A stretch of DNA of 64,000 nt from Podarcis cretensis. Lineage: Eukaryota. The notes beneath the pieces are model-generated. The model ran no database searches. It was given only the letters and a program-made list of their open reading frames with translations, and was not told the origin of the DNA. Shown here in pieces: positions 24,961 through 37,164 of the stretch; within the stretch, counting starts at the first letter, position 1, and the number at the start of each line of letters is the position of its first letter. A program made the translations under genes and the position numbers. The stretch covers positions 101,060,001 to 101,124,000 of the forward strand of contig OX638149.1 of assembly GCA_951804945.1 (NCBI GenBank), in the 5' to 3' direction.

Positions 24961-25322
24961 AAGGTAAAGGTACCCTTGCCCGTATGGGCCAGTCTTGACA
25001 GACTCTAGGGTTGTGCGCTCATCTCACTCTAGAGGCCAGGAGCCAGCGCTGTCCGCAGACACTTCCGGGTCACGTGGCCAGCGTGACGAAGCTGCTCCGG
25101 CGAACCGGCACCAGAGCAGCACACAGAAACGCCATTTACCTTCCCACTATAAAGCAGTACCCATTTATCTACTTGCACTTTGACATGCTTTCGAACTGCT
25201 AGGTGGGCAGGAGCTGGGACCGAACAACGGGAGCTCACCCCGCCGTGGGGATTCAAACAGCTGACCATGCGATCGGCAAGTCCTAGGCACTGAGGTTTTA
25301 CCCACAGCGCCACCCGCGTCCC
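24961..25322 (-). mobile_element. Full-length Sauria/Squam1 SINE (different subfamily)
   Basis: Ends cacagcgccacccgcgtccc, tail aaaggtaaaggt, TSD aatgtaacata / aatgtaatgta. Confidence 0.93.
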
Positions 25323-26198
25323 AATGTAATGTAGATCATACTAATTCAAGGAATCCAGACGGATGCAGCATGCGTGCCCATTGTCTTATCGAGGTGGAGG
25401 GTTGCTATGTGTATTATTTTCTTTTGTGAAATGCTTGCCTGTTCTTATTACTGTAAAATATTGCTTTCATCTTTTTCTTTAGAAGCCCTCTCCCTAGGGC
25501 CATGAGATCTAAGAAGATACTTGATGTGAGGGAGGTAAGTGTGGGTTTTATTTTTCCTCAGAGCAATGCTCATTTAGAATTCACAGGAAGAACTCAAGGA
25601 GATATTTGCAACTTTTCCCCATCACACAAAGTTAATTTAATTTACTAGGAGTTTGATTTTCATGGCAAGGTACTGAGACACCTGGCATGGTTCTTTCTGT
25701 GATTTAAATTGTATCCACCGGTTCACATGCTATTATTTGCTTTGCTAGTCGTCTTGGTTCACCTACCATATCATGCAACAAAGGGCAATACCTTCCATGC
25801 CTTAAAAAATACCCAGCAATAATTAACCTCCCAAGTAGTCCTGTATGCTTGTCAGAGAAGAGTCGTTAAAGAAATGCAGAAACAAAGGAGGCCTATAATT
25901 AAACTTCACTGAAGGACATTCCTGATATTTTCTGAGCTTCTCTGGGTGCTTTTTGTCAAGCTTTGTCTATTGCTTTCAGGTTTAGGCAGAACGGAACGGA
26001 ACATTCACATTGCCTTCCAAGCTGTCTCCATTGTCAGGGCTTCGCAAAAAAAATCTACGTGAGCTGTATTCAACCCACTCAACCTTTCTCTCTGCTCCAC
26101 GCAGCCGCCATATGGTGTGACACTTCATCATAACTGCAAAGCTTGTTGTTCCAGGGCAAAAGCCGGGGAAACTTGTTTAAGGAATAATACAATGTTAT

Positions 26199-26446
26199 GA
26201 GAGCCAGTGTGGTGTAGTGGTTAAGAGCAGTGGACTTGTAATCTGGTGAACCGGGTTCGCGTCTCCACTCCTCCTCATGCATCTGCTGGGTGAACTTGGG
26301 CTAGTCACACTTCTCTGAAGTCTCTCAGCCTCACTCACCTCACAGAGTGTTTGTTGTGGGGGAGGAAGGGAAAGGAGAATGTTAGCCGCTTTGAGACTCC
26401 TTAGGGTAGTGATAAAACGGGATATCAAATCCAAACTCCTCCTCTT
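26199..26446 (+). mobile_element. Squam3 (Ther1/MIR-derived) SINE
   Basis: gagagccagtgtggtgtagtggttaagagc head, ccgggttcgc B-box, CORE-like body, ...gatatcaaatccaaactcctcctctt tail. Confidence 0.88.
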
Positions 26447-26564
26447 ATTACTGGTTGGATATTATAGCCCTAAAGTCAGACTGTGATTGTTCATACTGAT
26501 AGATTATACCATTCTATTGATTATACTATACTACTGGATTTCTCCCTGATTTGGATATTATTAT

Positions 26565-27232
26565 TATTATTTATTAGATTTGTATACCATTCTTCATTCG
26601 ACAGTCACAAAATACGTACGGTAATAAAACAGAAAGAAATTAACAACCCCCCTCCCCACAAACACATTTAAAATGCCATAGGACATTTTAAATGGCCAAA
26701 CTTGGCCCTCCAGCTGTTTTTGGACTTCAAATCCCACCATCCCTAGCTAACAGGTCAGGGATGATGGGGATTGTAGTCCAAAAACAGCTGGAGGGCCAGG
26801 TTTGGCCGCCACTGCCATAGGATGTTAATCAGCCAAAGGCCTAGTTATAGGGAAATGTTTTCACATGGTGCCTAAACTTATTTAATGAAGGCAACAAATG
26901 CGTTCTCATGTTGCCACCCTTTGGACCTCTTCTGGAGGAGGCACACAAAGAAGGTCCACAGATGATGGTTGCAGGGTCCAAGCTGGTTCATATGGGGAGA
27001 GGCGGTCCTTGAGGTGTTGTAGTCCTGAGCTGTTTAAGTATTAATAGGTTAAAACTAGCACTTTGAATTGGTCCTGGAAACTAATTGGTAGGCAATGCAC
27101 TCCAGCCAGAACTGATGTAATATGCCGTCTTGCCTCGGTGAGCAATCTGGCCACTGAATTCTGTACCAACCAGCTTATGTTTATGAAGTATCTTCAGAGG
27201 CAGCCCTACATATAATGTGCTGCAATGATCTG
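26565..27232 (-). mobile_element. L2 LINE 3' fragment interrupted by a hAT MITE
   Basis: (tta)n tail at about 26557-26577. L2 ORF2 reverse motifs (ggcggtccttgagg, gcactttgaattgg, ggaaactaattgg, ggcagccctacata). Confidence 0.7.
26694..26814. mobile_element. hAT MITE, same family as 693-825, left terminus lost
   Basis: ggccaaacttggccctccagctgtttttggac...gtccaaaaacagctggagggccaggtttggcc palindrome with a ccctagctaacagg core. Confidence 0.8.
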
Positions 27233-28527
27233 TGCTTGAGTCAATGAGTTATAGATCTGAGTTAGTTATACCCACTGACTGACTATGATTCAAGAAGATT
27301 TTTGTGCTACCAGATTTCTTTTCAGTTGACTAGGCTCACCACAGCAAGTGCTAAGAATTGGTGGAGAATTATGGATCTAGAATTACAAGATTCTAAGATA
27401 CGATATTTAAGAAAATGCATTCACCTGAAGCATCAGGTAGAATGTTATCCAGGATGTACATAAATCCTTAAGGTTATAACACATGATCTAGAGGGGGGGG
27501 GGTTAGAGCAAGGGCCATGCTCCCTTAATGGAAACTTTCTGGGGTTAGCACCTTTGGTGCTGGGTACCAAAAGCAAAATTTGGTGATGTGACAGGTGTGA
27601 TTCTTACCTTTGTACATTCCAGTCAGTCAAAATTCAAGGGTTTCTACACACATACACACCACATACACATTTTTCCATATTTCATCCAGGTAAGGAAGAA
27701 GCATGACCGTACTTGAGTGATGCATTCCAGCCATGCAAAAGCACCTGAGGAAGGCTGATGAGGGTTGAGGCCTGGGAAGAGTCCCTGGTGGCATATAGAG
27801 AGATCTAGTTATTGCCTGTGGGCTGGGGGTTCCATACCCCTGAATTGAGGAAACCTCAGGGGTTTTGACTGTGACATTAACAGAGAGCTGATAAAACAGG
27901 CATATTAACTAAATACAGGTTTAGGTGACTGTATTACATTTAAGCCACTGGTTTATTTTTCGCCCAACGCAGTTTTTTTTGGGGGGGGGGGGTTGCATGA
28001 ATATTTGCTTATTTTCCTGTATGGTGCTTTCTAGCACACAAAGATGTGTTCATATAAGAGAAGGCGGATGCAGCTCTTTTTAGTATAACACTTCTTGCAC
28101 GCCAAGTCAGCCAAAAACACCTCCTTGGCTGTTTTTCACAGGTGTTCTAAAAGGAGATGTTTTACTAAAAATATACATCGTCATCGCCCTGGGCATGTAT
28201 GCCTCTCCGTATGAGATAGAAAGTAAGCTATGCATGAGTGAAGCTTTTGGGAAAGAAGGGCAGTATCAGAAGATCACTTTTCATGAGATTGAGATTGATG
28301 CTATGTTTGAGAGGAATAAGGTAATTTGTACTGGGACAATCATGTATATTTCTCAGGATGAGGTTTGCATAATTGATTCATGTTGAGAAAATAGACATAA
28401 TCATAACTGCCTAACCGATTCTTGTTGGTAGTTGTATGGAGAGCAGTAGCAACAATGTCTATAGAGAAGTACCAAATCCTATGACTGGGGGGGGGGGCAT
28501 GACAGAGATGTTTAAGATTATTCATGG

Positions 28528-28800
28528 TGCGGATAGAAAGGAGTTTTTTCCCTCCACTCTCATAGTACTAGAACCTTGGCCCAATCAATAAACCCAAATG
28601 TTGGAAGATTCAGGACAGACCAAAGAGAGTACACTTTTCACACAGTGCTTAGTCCAACTATGGAATTCTCTCACACAGAAGTAATGATGGCTGCCAATAT
28701 AAATGGCTTTAAAAGAGGATTAGACAAATTCATGGAGTCAAAGACTACCAATGATTGTCAGAGGAAGTATGCCTCTGTATACCAGCTGCTGGGAATGGCA
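28528..28800 (+). mobile_element. Old CR1 3' fragment
   Basis: Encodes NVGRFRTDQRE...AANINGFKRGLDKFME, the CR1 ORF2 terminus. Confidence 0.75.
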
Positions 28801-30998
28801 AGAAGAGAGAATGCTGTTGGGTTTTTTTTGCAGGTCCTGCTTATAGGTTTCTCCTAGGCATCCAGTTGTCCTCTTATGTTCAGATTTGGATGTTATGGAT
28901 TTGGATTTTTATTTGCAGAAAGAAAGAGGTGACTTAGAAAGAGGCATCATTCTGGAAATTTGGGAACAGGGGTCTTTTATTTAAAAAAGAATGGAGAAGT
29001 GAAGGGTTGCAGCTTTCTGTTTGATACTGTTGTGGGCATATTTTGATCAGCAAAACAAAAATGGGCACTTATGCCTGGATGCAAGACACTGAGGAAATAG
29101 AGAAGAGTCAAAATTGTACAGGAGACTCTGATAGATATATCATCTTTCCCTCTGGGCCATTGGAGAGATAAATCTGAAATTTATTCATAATCAAAGCAGT
29201 TCTGTAAGGAAATAAATGGGTACGAAAAGAAATAGCCTTAACAAAAGCAACAACAATGAGTCAGTAAACACAGAAATTAAGGAAATAACAGATTGCACAT
29301 TTTATTCATTTATATTAAAGGCCAATCTTAAAAGGAATACCTAGCAAGACCATTAACGATGCAGAGCCCTCATTCTGTGATTTTATAGACCCCAAATCAT
29401 TGCAGCCACTTTTGCTCCATACAGACAGACTTTAATTTCCAAGCATTCAGAGTGTACTGCTTGTACATTTTCAAGTGTTTATATGTTAGGAAACCTCATT
29501 GTATTCTAAATTGTACACATGTATGGAACCCAGGTGTGCTTGTTGTTGTGATTTTATAAATATGGGGGGGGGGGAGAGAAGTACTGGGAGAAGTTGCAGT
29601 TCTAGATCCAAAATAACTAGCACACCTGGGGTCTATACATATGTGAACAATTGGGAGATTGCCACTAACGTTGTGATGCATCTTTAAAAATGCACATATA
29701 AAAATATATAAAATCCAACTCATAAGTTTTCCTTAGTGGTAAAATGTACAGTGCTAATGCATAGCCTCTCCAATGAACTATTTTAGTGACAGTCTATAAT
29801 AACTGATAAAATCATATATGAAAAATTCATACATGCAACCATTACTGCACCTCACCTTTTTTCATTCAGAAGCTGGACACAAAATCTGCCCCCTCCCCCA
29901 AAAAAAAGTTTTGTGAGGGAGGAGGATAAAAACTACAGTTTTGGTGGTCTAAAACACAGGGATAGCATCTCTTGAAGAAAGCATGGATTGGGAAGGTTGT
30001 GGGACTTCCTAATCCTAATTAAGGCTGATACAACTAGATAAATGGAACCTCTTGTGTACCAAACAGAAGAACTTGCGGTGCAAACACTTCCTTTACTATC
30101 CCAGGGATGGCCTTATTACATGTTGTCCCTGTTGCAAAGACAGAAAATAGTAACTCTGTAGAAACCACAAAATTAATGTATCATCATTGTTTCCATTTAC
30201 AAGCTCCTTCATTTTTTTTCCCTTCAAGACCGTAATTTTAGCACTTAAATCTTTGGCTACAGTACTTTCCTTTAGAGAAATCCCTGGACATACACACTGA
30301 AAATGTAATCCTAAGCATTTGTATTGTAGCCAAGAGAACAGGTCATTTTACTTAAGTCTAAAAATTCATCCTTTAGTCTCCTGGTGTGCATGGATTTTGC
30401 AGCACATTAGTTAAAGTCACATATTTTTCAGAGACAAAAAAATAACAGCTTGTTCTTAAACCACAGCACATTATGGGTTCTTTTAAACAGCAAGAAATAT
30501 GTGGTTTGATTCATACACAGTTATTTTTTGCAGCTTTGCCAGCATAAAACACTTGAGCATGCATCTGCTAGCAAACATTTTGATCTGTTGTAAAAGACAA
30601 TCAATGAAATGAGTGTCAGAACATTGTTTCCATATTGCTCCCTAGATTACCATACCCACTGGCCAAATATTACAGCCCAAGCGTGGGTGTAATTTTATTT
30701 TATTTTATTTTATTTTAAATGCATGTCACAAAGGTGCAGAAAGTTTGGCTCTTTAATGAACTTGAAAAAGTTGTTACATTTCTAAACTGGCTGGTTTTAT
30801 GAGCAACTACTGTATTGAGGTATTTAGTGTGTGGCAGCCCCACCCCCCCAAAAACCCCACCTTTCTTGGGCCAATAATTACATTATTAGGTACATGAATG
30901 AAACAAGTTGTATCTGTTGGGGGAATTGTGCCCATGATTTCACACTCTGCCTGAGTTGTTGCCCCTTTCTAACCCCTCAGGAATGGGGTAACTGAAAC

Positions 30999-31139
30999 CA
31001 GTCCTTTTTTTTCTTTAAAAAAATGTTTAGGGGTACTCTCATTTTCCTACTCATATTGAAATACTGCCCCAAACTTAGATTCACAAAATGTTTATGGGTA
31101 TGCATACCCCTGAGTTTCCCCCAGAAAAAAAAAACACTG
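30999..31139. mobile_element. hAT MITE, about 141 bp
   Basis: cagtcctttttttt / aaaaaaaacactg termini and perfect 8-bp TSD actgaaac (30991-30998, 31140-31147). Confidence 0.85.
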
Positions 31140-31970
31140 ACTGAAACCATTAAATTGGTAGCACTTGTTGGAAATCATTTTCCTGCATTGTAAAATATCC
31201 ACTTCAGGATCCCACCACTTCATCTTGCAGCACTGAATTGCAACAGTTCCATGATTGGGTATGAACTATGTGGAATTATGTCTTTGTCTTATTGGTCTCT
31301 TCTGAGTACGGTGCAGGAACATTCCTACCTCTGCAGCTCTAATGGGCCAGAATGGGCAGGGGATCAGGTACAGCATTTTGTTGATACTGGTACCCTGACA
31401 ACCTGGTAAACACTTTTCTGAGTTGTTGTTCCAGTACTGGATTTCATAGGACTGGCCTGTAAGCCAGCCTAACGGTAAATTGCATTGTCTTACAATCTGC
31501 TTTCCAGTATCATCACTGCTTCATGAATCTTCAGAACTCGTTTCTTTTTCACCCCCAATCATAAGAGATCCAGCTGTCCCTGGAATTTTTCCATTGAAAT
31601 TGAGTCAGAACCTTGCCATTGTCAATATGTACTTTTGTGAAGGTTTGGAAGAGATTCCTTAAGTGGAATTGGAGGTTTCTAATTTGTATTTTTATATGGC
31701 TCATTGTTATGCTAATGAAATCACAATGAAACAGCACCAGATGCAGTTTTACTGCCATGTACATGGTTCCTATTTCAAGAATATCCCATTGTGCTGAGTG
31801 GCTAATTGACTTACAATATGACTGATGAGTGCAGTATGCTTTAGACTCATTTCCAGCAGTTTCAGCTGTTATCACACCATATTTATAGATATTCTGGAAA
31901 TATATAGGAAGAAATGCCTGCTGAATTATTAGTAGTCTCCTGCCTATTGTGGTAGTCAATAGAGTATAGG

Positions 31971-32108
31971 GACATAGGAGGTTGCCTTATAGCAAGTCAG
32001 ACCATTGGTCCATCTAGATCAGTATTGTCTACTCTGACTGTCAGCAGCCCTCTAGCATTTCAGACAGGAGGCATTCCCAATCCTACATTGAGATGCCAGG
32101 GATTAAAC
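31971..32108 (-). mobile_element. tRNA-derived lizard SINE, partial
   Basis: acataggaggttgccttata...cagaccattggtccatctag...gagatgccaggggatt. Same family as 45440, 62462 and the head at 51037. Confidence 0.7.
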
Positions 32109-32302
32109 ATAGAATCATAGACTTGTAGAGTTGGACCCTGATCGTCATCTAGTCGAACCCCCAGAAATCTCAAGCATGCAAAACTGGTGGCCATCCAATT
32201 TCAACTTGGAAAACCACCAATGAAAGGAGTCTGTTCCACTGTTCCACCTGAGGGAGTCTGTTCCACTGTTGAACAGCTGTTACCATCAGAAAGTTTCCTA
32301 AA
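32108..32302 (-). mobile_element. CR1 3' fragment
   Basis: catagaatcatag terminus, CR1 3' sequence, and an internal duplication of ggagtctgttccactgtt. Confidence 0.75.
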
Positions 32303-33209
32303 CCAGCCACTGGAATGAAATTCACGGCATGTAATGCCCTGAAGGAAAATATTATGAAAATGATATATAGGTGGTACATGACCCCAGTCAAACTTGCAAA
32401 AATATATCATCGGTCTGATAATAAATGTTGGAAATGTAAGGAGGCTGAAGGGACATTCTTTCATCTTTGGTGGACTTGTCCAAAAGTGAAGGCCTTCTGG
32501 GAAATGATCTATAATGAGTTAAAAAAGGTGTTTAGATACACCTTCCCTAAGAAACCAGAGGCCTTCCTCCTGGGCATTGTGGACCAAAAGGTGTTAAAGA
32601 AGGATAGAACTTTTTTTATGTATGCAACTACAGCAGCAAGAATACTCATTGCAAAATATTGGAAGATACAAGACCTTCCCACGCTGGAAGAGTGGCAGAC
32701 GCAGTTGATGGACTATATGGAACTGGCTGAAATGATTGGCAGAATCCGAGATCTGGGAGAAGAGACAATGGAAGAGGACTGGAAGAAATTTAAGGACTAT
32801 TTACAAAAACATTATAAGTTGTATGAATGTTAAGAATCTGCATGACTTGGAAATTTTAGCTCCTGCAATTAGATTAGGAAAATAGAAAGTTAAGTTATAA
32901 GTAAGAAAAAGTTGAAATTTAAAGTTATTTTATGTATTATCTTAAGGTATAAATATTTGACAAAAGGTACTTTAAATTTAGAAGTAAAACACTCTGAAAG
33001 ATATAAATAAGATACGAAACAAGGTAATAATTTGCTGATATGTTTGTTGTGGGGAACACAGGGTGAGGGAGATGTGGGGAAGTCCAGTTAGTAACCTAAA
33101 AATGTATTTTGAAAGTTGGATTGTTTTTCTTTCTTTCTTTTTTCTGGTTTGTCCTTCTTTTTCTTTTCTGTAAACTGAAAATGTAATAAAAATTTTAATA
33201 TATAAAAAA
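32303..33209 (+). mobile_element. 5'-truncated L1-clade LINE
   Basis: Open ORF2 C-terminus (32315-32833), AATAAA near 33185, A-tail, and 15-bp TSD agaaagtttcctaaa (32288-32302, 33210-33224). Confidence 0.92.
32315..32833 (+). CDS. L1 ORF2p C-terminal fragment, 172 aa, CCHC knuckle
   Basis: CWKCKEAEGTFFHLWWTC. 144/172 residues identical to the 17046 ORF by manual count. Confidence 0.6.
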   Translation: MKFTACNALKENIMKMIYRWYMTPVKLAKIYHRSDNKCWKCKEAEGTFFHLWWTCPKVKAFWEMIYNELKKVFRYTFPKKPEAFLLGIVDQKVLKKDRTFFMYATTAARILIAKYWKIQDLPTLEEWQTQLMDYMELAEMIGRIRDLGEETMEEDWKKFKDYLQKHYKLYEC

Positions 33210-36200
33210 AGAAAGTTTCCTAAATCAGTATGAGGGTGTGTTGTTAAGTGTTGTGCATAGAGTGGGGGGAAAGCACTTTCAGTCTCACACGTATTTCCAC
33301 ATTGTTGATCACTATTCCTTTGAAAGGGGAAAAAAACAGTAAGTAAAAGGAAGGAAGTGAACATGACCCTCATATTGTCTTTTATATGAGAAAAGAATTC
33401 CATACAGTCCCTTTGATTACTCCCTAATAAATCATTGCTCCCTTCCATTCCTTCTCCTGCTAGCATGTTAAAACTACAGCAAATCACTGATCTTGCAAGA
33501 CAAACAATGTGCCATCCATTTTAGAAACTATTATCCTTTGCTGTTGACGAAAGAGTGCCTTTTGTGTCTGGCTTTTGGAAACCAAGCTACATTGATATGC
33601 AATTCATAGAAGTTCAATTATGCCTCTGATGAAAACAATTACAGCTGGAATTTAAAAGTACAGATTAAAAGGTTTGAATACTTGGCAAAAGTGATTTTAA
33701 GAAATATTAAAAGTAAATGGCTTTTTAATTCTATGAATTCATCAATTTGTAAGTTAATGAAATTAATGAAGCAAGAAATGAAATGGAAATTCTAGAAGTT
33801 TGCAGGCCTGTACTTAGTTTTCTGTCTATGCAAAGTCCTAGAATAGGCATTTACCACCACTAAGAACTAAAGGTAATGAATAGCTTCATTTGAACACTAA
33901 TTCAATTATACAACTCTCTTCCCTCCCCTTTCCCATCCACCAAATAATTTACAAATGTCTGAAGCCGACGATGGATGGACTTTCTTTTCTGACCAGCAGA
34001 AATCTGGGAACAAACACAATGGCCCTGATCCAGCAAAAGTTAGTCCCACTGAAGTCCCACTGAAAGCAATGGAGAAAAGGGAGTTTAGACTAACTTCTAT
34101 TCTAGTGGTTTTAGTGGGAATTCAGTCACAGTTAAGTTTAGTTGGATTGGCACAACCGTAAATATAAAGGCTGTAATACATAGGTTGAAACTACAGAACT
34201 ATTGCTAAGGCTTCTGTACAGGTCCACACATTCCCTCCTTACTCTGAATAACAATATTAACTAAGTTTTGTGCTTTTTCCTTCATATTGCAATGACTATA
34301 CTGAGAGGTGACACTTTCTACATTATGGAGTGTGAACAGTAACACAATATCCAGAGAAAAGATTTCTTGCCGCATTTTTATTAGGAAGTGGGGAGTGATG
34401 AAGAGAGGTCCAAAGGCATTTGCTATAATTTCTTATTCTTTTCAACTTAGTTGCCAAAGGGAAATTTCAAGAAAGAACAAGAAATAAACTACAAACAGAA
34501 CTTCAGATTCATAAAGCCTTGAAGTTGGGGCTTTATTCTTTCTTAATTTTGTTCTGATACACAGTGTATCCATTTTGTGAATCTAGCCATCATCCACCAC
34601 TCACAACCACCCTAACCCCTAACCCTGCTGAGTAATAAAATTAAACTTTATATGAGGGGACAACTTTTCAAGTTTGCAGTGGGCTAACTGTACATGGGCC
34701 TATGTATGATGCAGCCAGTACTACTTCCCATTTTTCATTGCTGTACCTAGATCCTGGTCCTGACGAGATTTAGATTTCTAAAACTGGGAAAAATTGCTAC
34801 TTTGCCCAAAACAAAACACTATTCTAGTTTCAAAGAATATTTCTGTGATGATCTTTCAGATTTTCACATTAAAGGAATGTGTTGATCTTTGATGTCTTTG
34901 ACCATGTTCAGTTTGAAGCAGTCTTCATCCATTTCAAATAATTACAAAAACTGTAATATCTCTTTGTGATATTTTCTTTTTTTTTATTTAAACATTGAAG
35001 TCATACATTGTGTCTGACTAGTGCATGACCTAATCTGTGTCTTGCATCTCTGGTTCTCATGTTATTGTTGTTGCTATTATAACTGTATCTCTCTCTATAG
35101 CTTTTCATTCGTATGCCGCATTATCTTGGCAGCAGCAAAGTAATCTCTGTTTTAATCATATAATTAATCTACAAGAAAATGTTGTTCTGCATCATCAAAT
35201 ACTGATAAATATGTATTATAAAAGGGTGTGAGCCGTGGTGTTAAAGTAAATGGAACCTGCACACAATAACTTGATTAATCATTTTTCTCTCTTTGGTGAA
35301 TCTTAAAATTGAGTTACTTTTGAAAGAATTTAACCTTGATAGAGAAAATTCTTCTGTAATATTAGTTAAAATGCTGTAATATATGTATTCTATGAGGTTG
35401 GATCAAGGGTTCCATAGGATTGTGGTGGGACACTCTGGAACTGGGTAAAGGCTTGCAAGATGAAAACAATTACAACCGTAGTCATAAGGAATAAATAGAA
35501 CATCAGAAAATACACAATCAAACTGAACAATTTCCACATAAATCATAATAAGATTGAAAATAAAGATACAAAAAATAATATAAACAACACCAACAACAAC
35601 CTCCTCCCCCACAACCAAAAACACTAATAAGCATCTGATTAGTAGTCAGGCAATGAGCAGTCTATTTAATATTTTTAAAGTAATTTTTGTTGTAGTAATT
35701 AGGAACTTAAGAAGCCAAGATATAACGATACAGTACAGAAAATATTTTTCTGAATCTTAAATCAAAGATATTTTTAAACTGTAATTATTATCACTACCAG
35801 CTTTTTTGACATGCACTTGCATTTCTCAACCCCATACAAGTTTTCTTTAAGTATTGCAATTAGCTAAGCTTGAATATAAAACTAATTGTGCTGAACTGAT
35901 AAAGAATTTCGTGTTTAACTTCCACTTGATTTTTAAAAATAAAAAAAATAAAAAAATGTTTTAAAACAATTTATGGCGTTTTCAAGAAAATATTACATCA
36001 TTCCAAGTAATTTGGTATATGTATAGCATACATTTCATGCTTTGTTCCCTCATATAAAATTATTCTTTAAAATGTGCAGGTAGTATTAGACAGCTGAAGT
36101 CAACTCATTTTCACGTTAACCAAAAATGACTCTATAAATTGTTGAAACCAAACAAACTTTTTCTGGTTTGTTGTGAGAGCAATAGGAAAGGGGATTGCCA

Positions 36201-36617
36201 CTATGACAGGGAAATAAGGAGATAAGACAGAAATTTGAGTGAAAGTGGGTTGGGTTTATTTAATGAAAGATATTCAGTGAGGTGCAGCTAGTGTAGGAAG
36301 TGGTGAATAGAGTGGTGATGACAGTGCAGGATGCTTAAAAATGTATAACTGTGGTGAGCCAACCCTGCTAAGGGAGGGGGTGGTATTGTTTATCTGCCCC
36401 TCCCCTTAAACCTCACCTTCTTAGATGATCAGGAAGGCCTCCCTGATTAACTTTTGCAAGAGTCCCACAACACTGGACAGGCTGATACAAGTTGACCTCA
36501 AAAGTGCACCCTGCCTTGCTAGGGAGTCTCTCAGTCCTGAAGGCAATTCTTGAGATTATTAGACACTTTTAAGGTAGAAGAGGTAAATTACTACACCCTA
36601 CCTCCTAAATGTGACCA

Positions 36618-36680
36618 AATTAATTTAACAGCTCCTACTCATCCACCTATTAATTTAACAGCTCCCACTCACCAATCTAT
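36618..36680. repeat. About 30-bp imperfect tandem duplication
   Basis: attaatttaacagctcctactcatccacct / attaatttaacagctcccactcaccaatct. Confidence 0.8.
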
Positions 36681-37003
36681 ATTTATCAAGATAGAGGACT
36701 TAAAACAAAACACGGACTAGGCAGAACACACACAATTTGTCAGCTGAGCCAACATGACAACAGGCCAGGAACTCCTACTCATTCCCACATGATGCCAAGC
36801 AGAGGAGCTTTTTACTCAAAGAGCTTGCACCTCTTAACAGCTATCCTGTTTGAATCTGAATATAGATAGATATAAAAAGATACAAGCTCGCTAAGGAATA
36901 TTAGTTGCAAAATCTTTTGTCCGCTTCTAATCCTCTTTCTAGGAAGCTACCCGAAACCTTTTTCACTAGTGAAGTGATGCTCAGAAATCTGAATTGCAAC
37001 TTA

Positions 37004-37164
37004 CCGTATTTTTCCATCTATAAGTCACCCCCATGTATAAGACTATTTTGGGGGACTCAGATTTAAGAAAATGGGGTGAGGCACTATCCATGTATAAGAT
37101 GCCCCCTAATTTTTGACATCATTTTTAAGGGAAAAAACCTAGTCTAATACACAGAAAAATACGG
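37004..37164. mobile_element. Tc1/mariner-pogo-type MITE, 161 bp
   Basis: TA|ccgtatttttc ... gaaaaatacgg|TA, with internal repeated catgtataaga. Confidence 0.85.

Noticed and set aside
28884-28929. Micro-exon reading DLDVMDLDFYLQKER or IWMLWIWIFICRKKE
   Set aside because: Weak donor (gtgact), internally repetitive sequence and position at the edge of a decayed CR1 tail.
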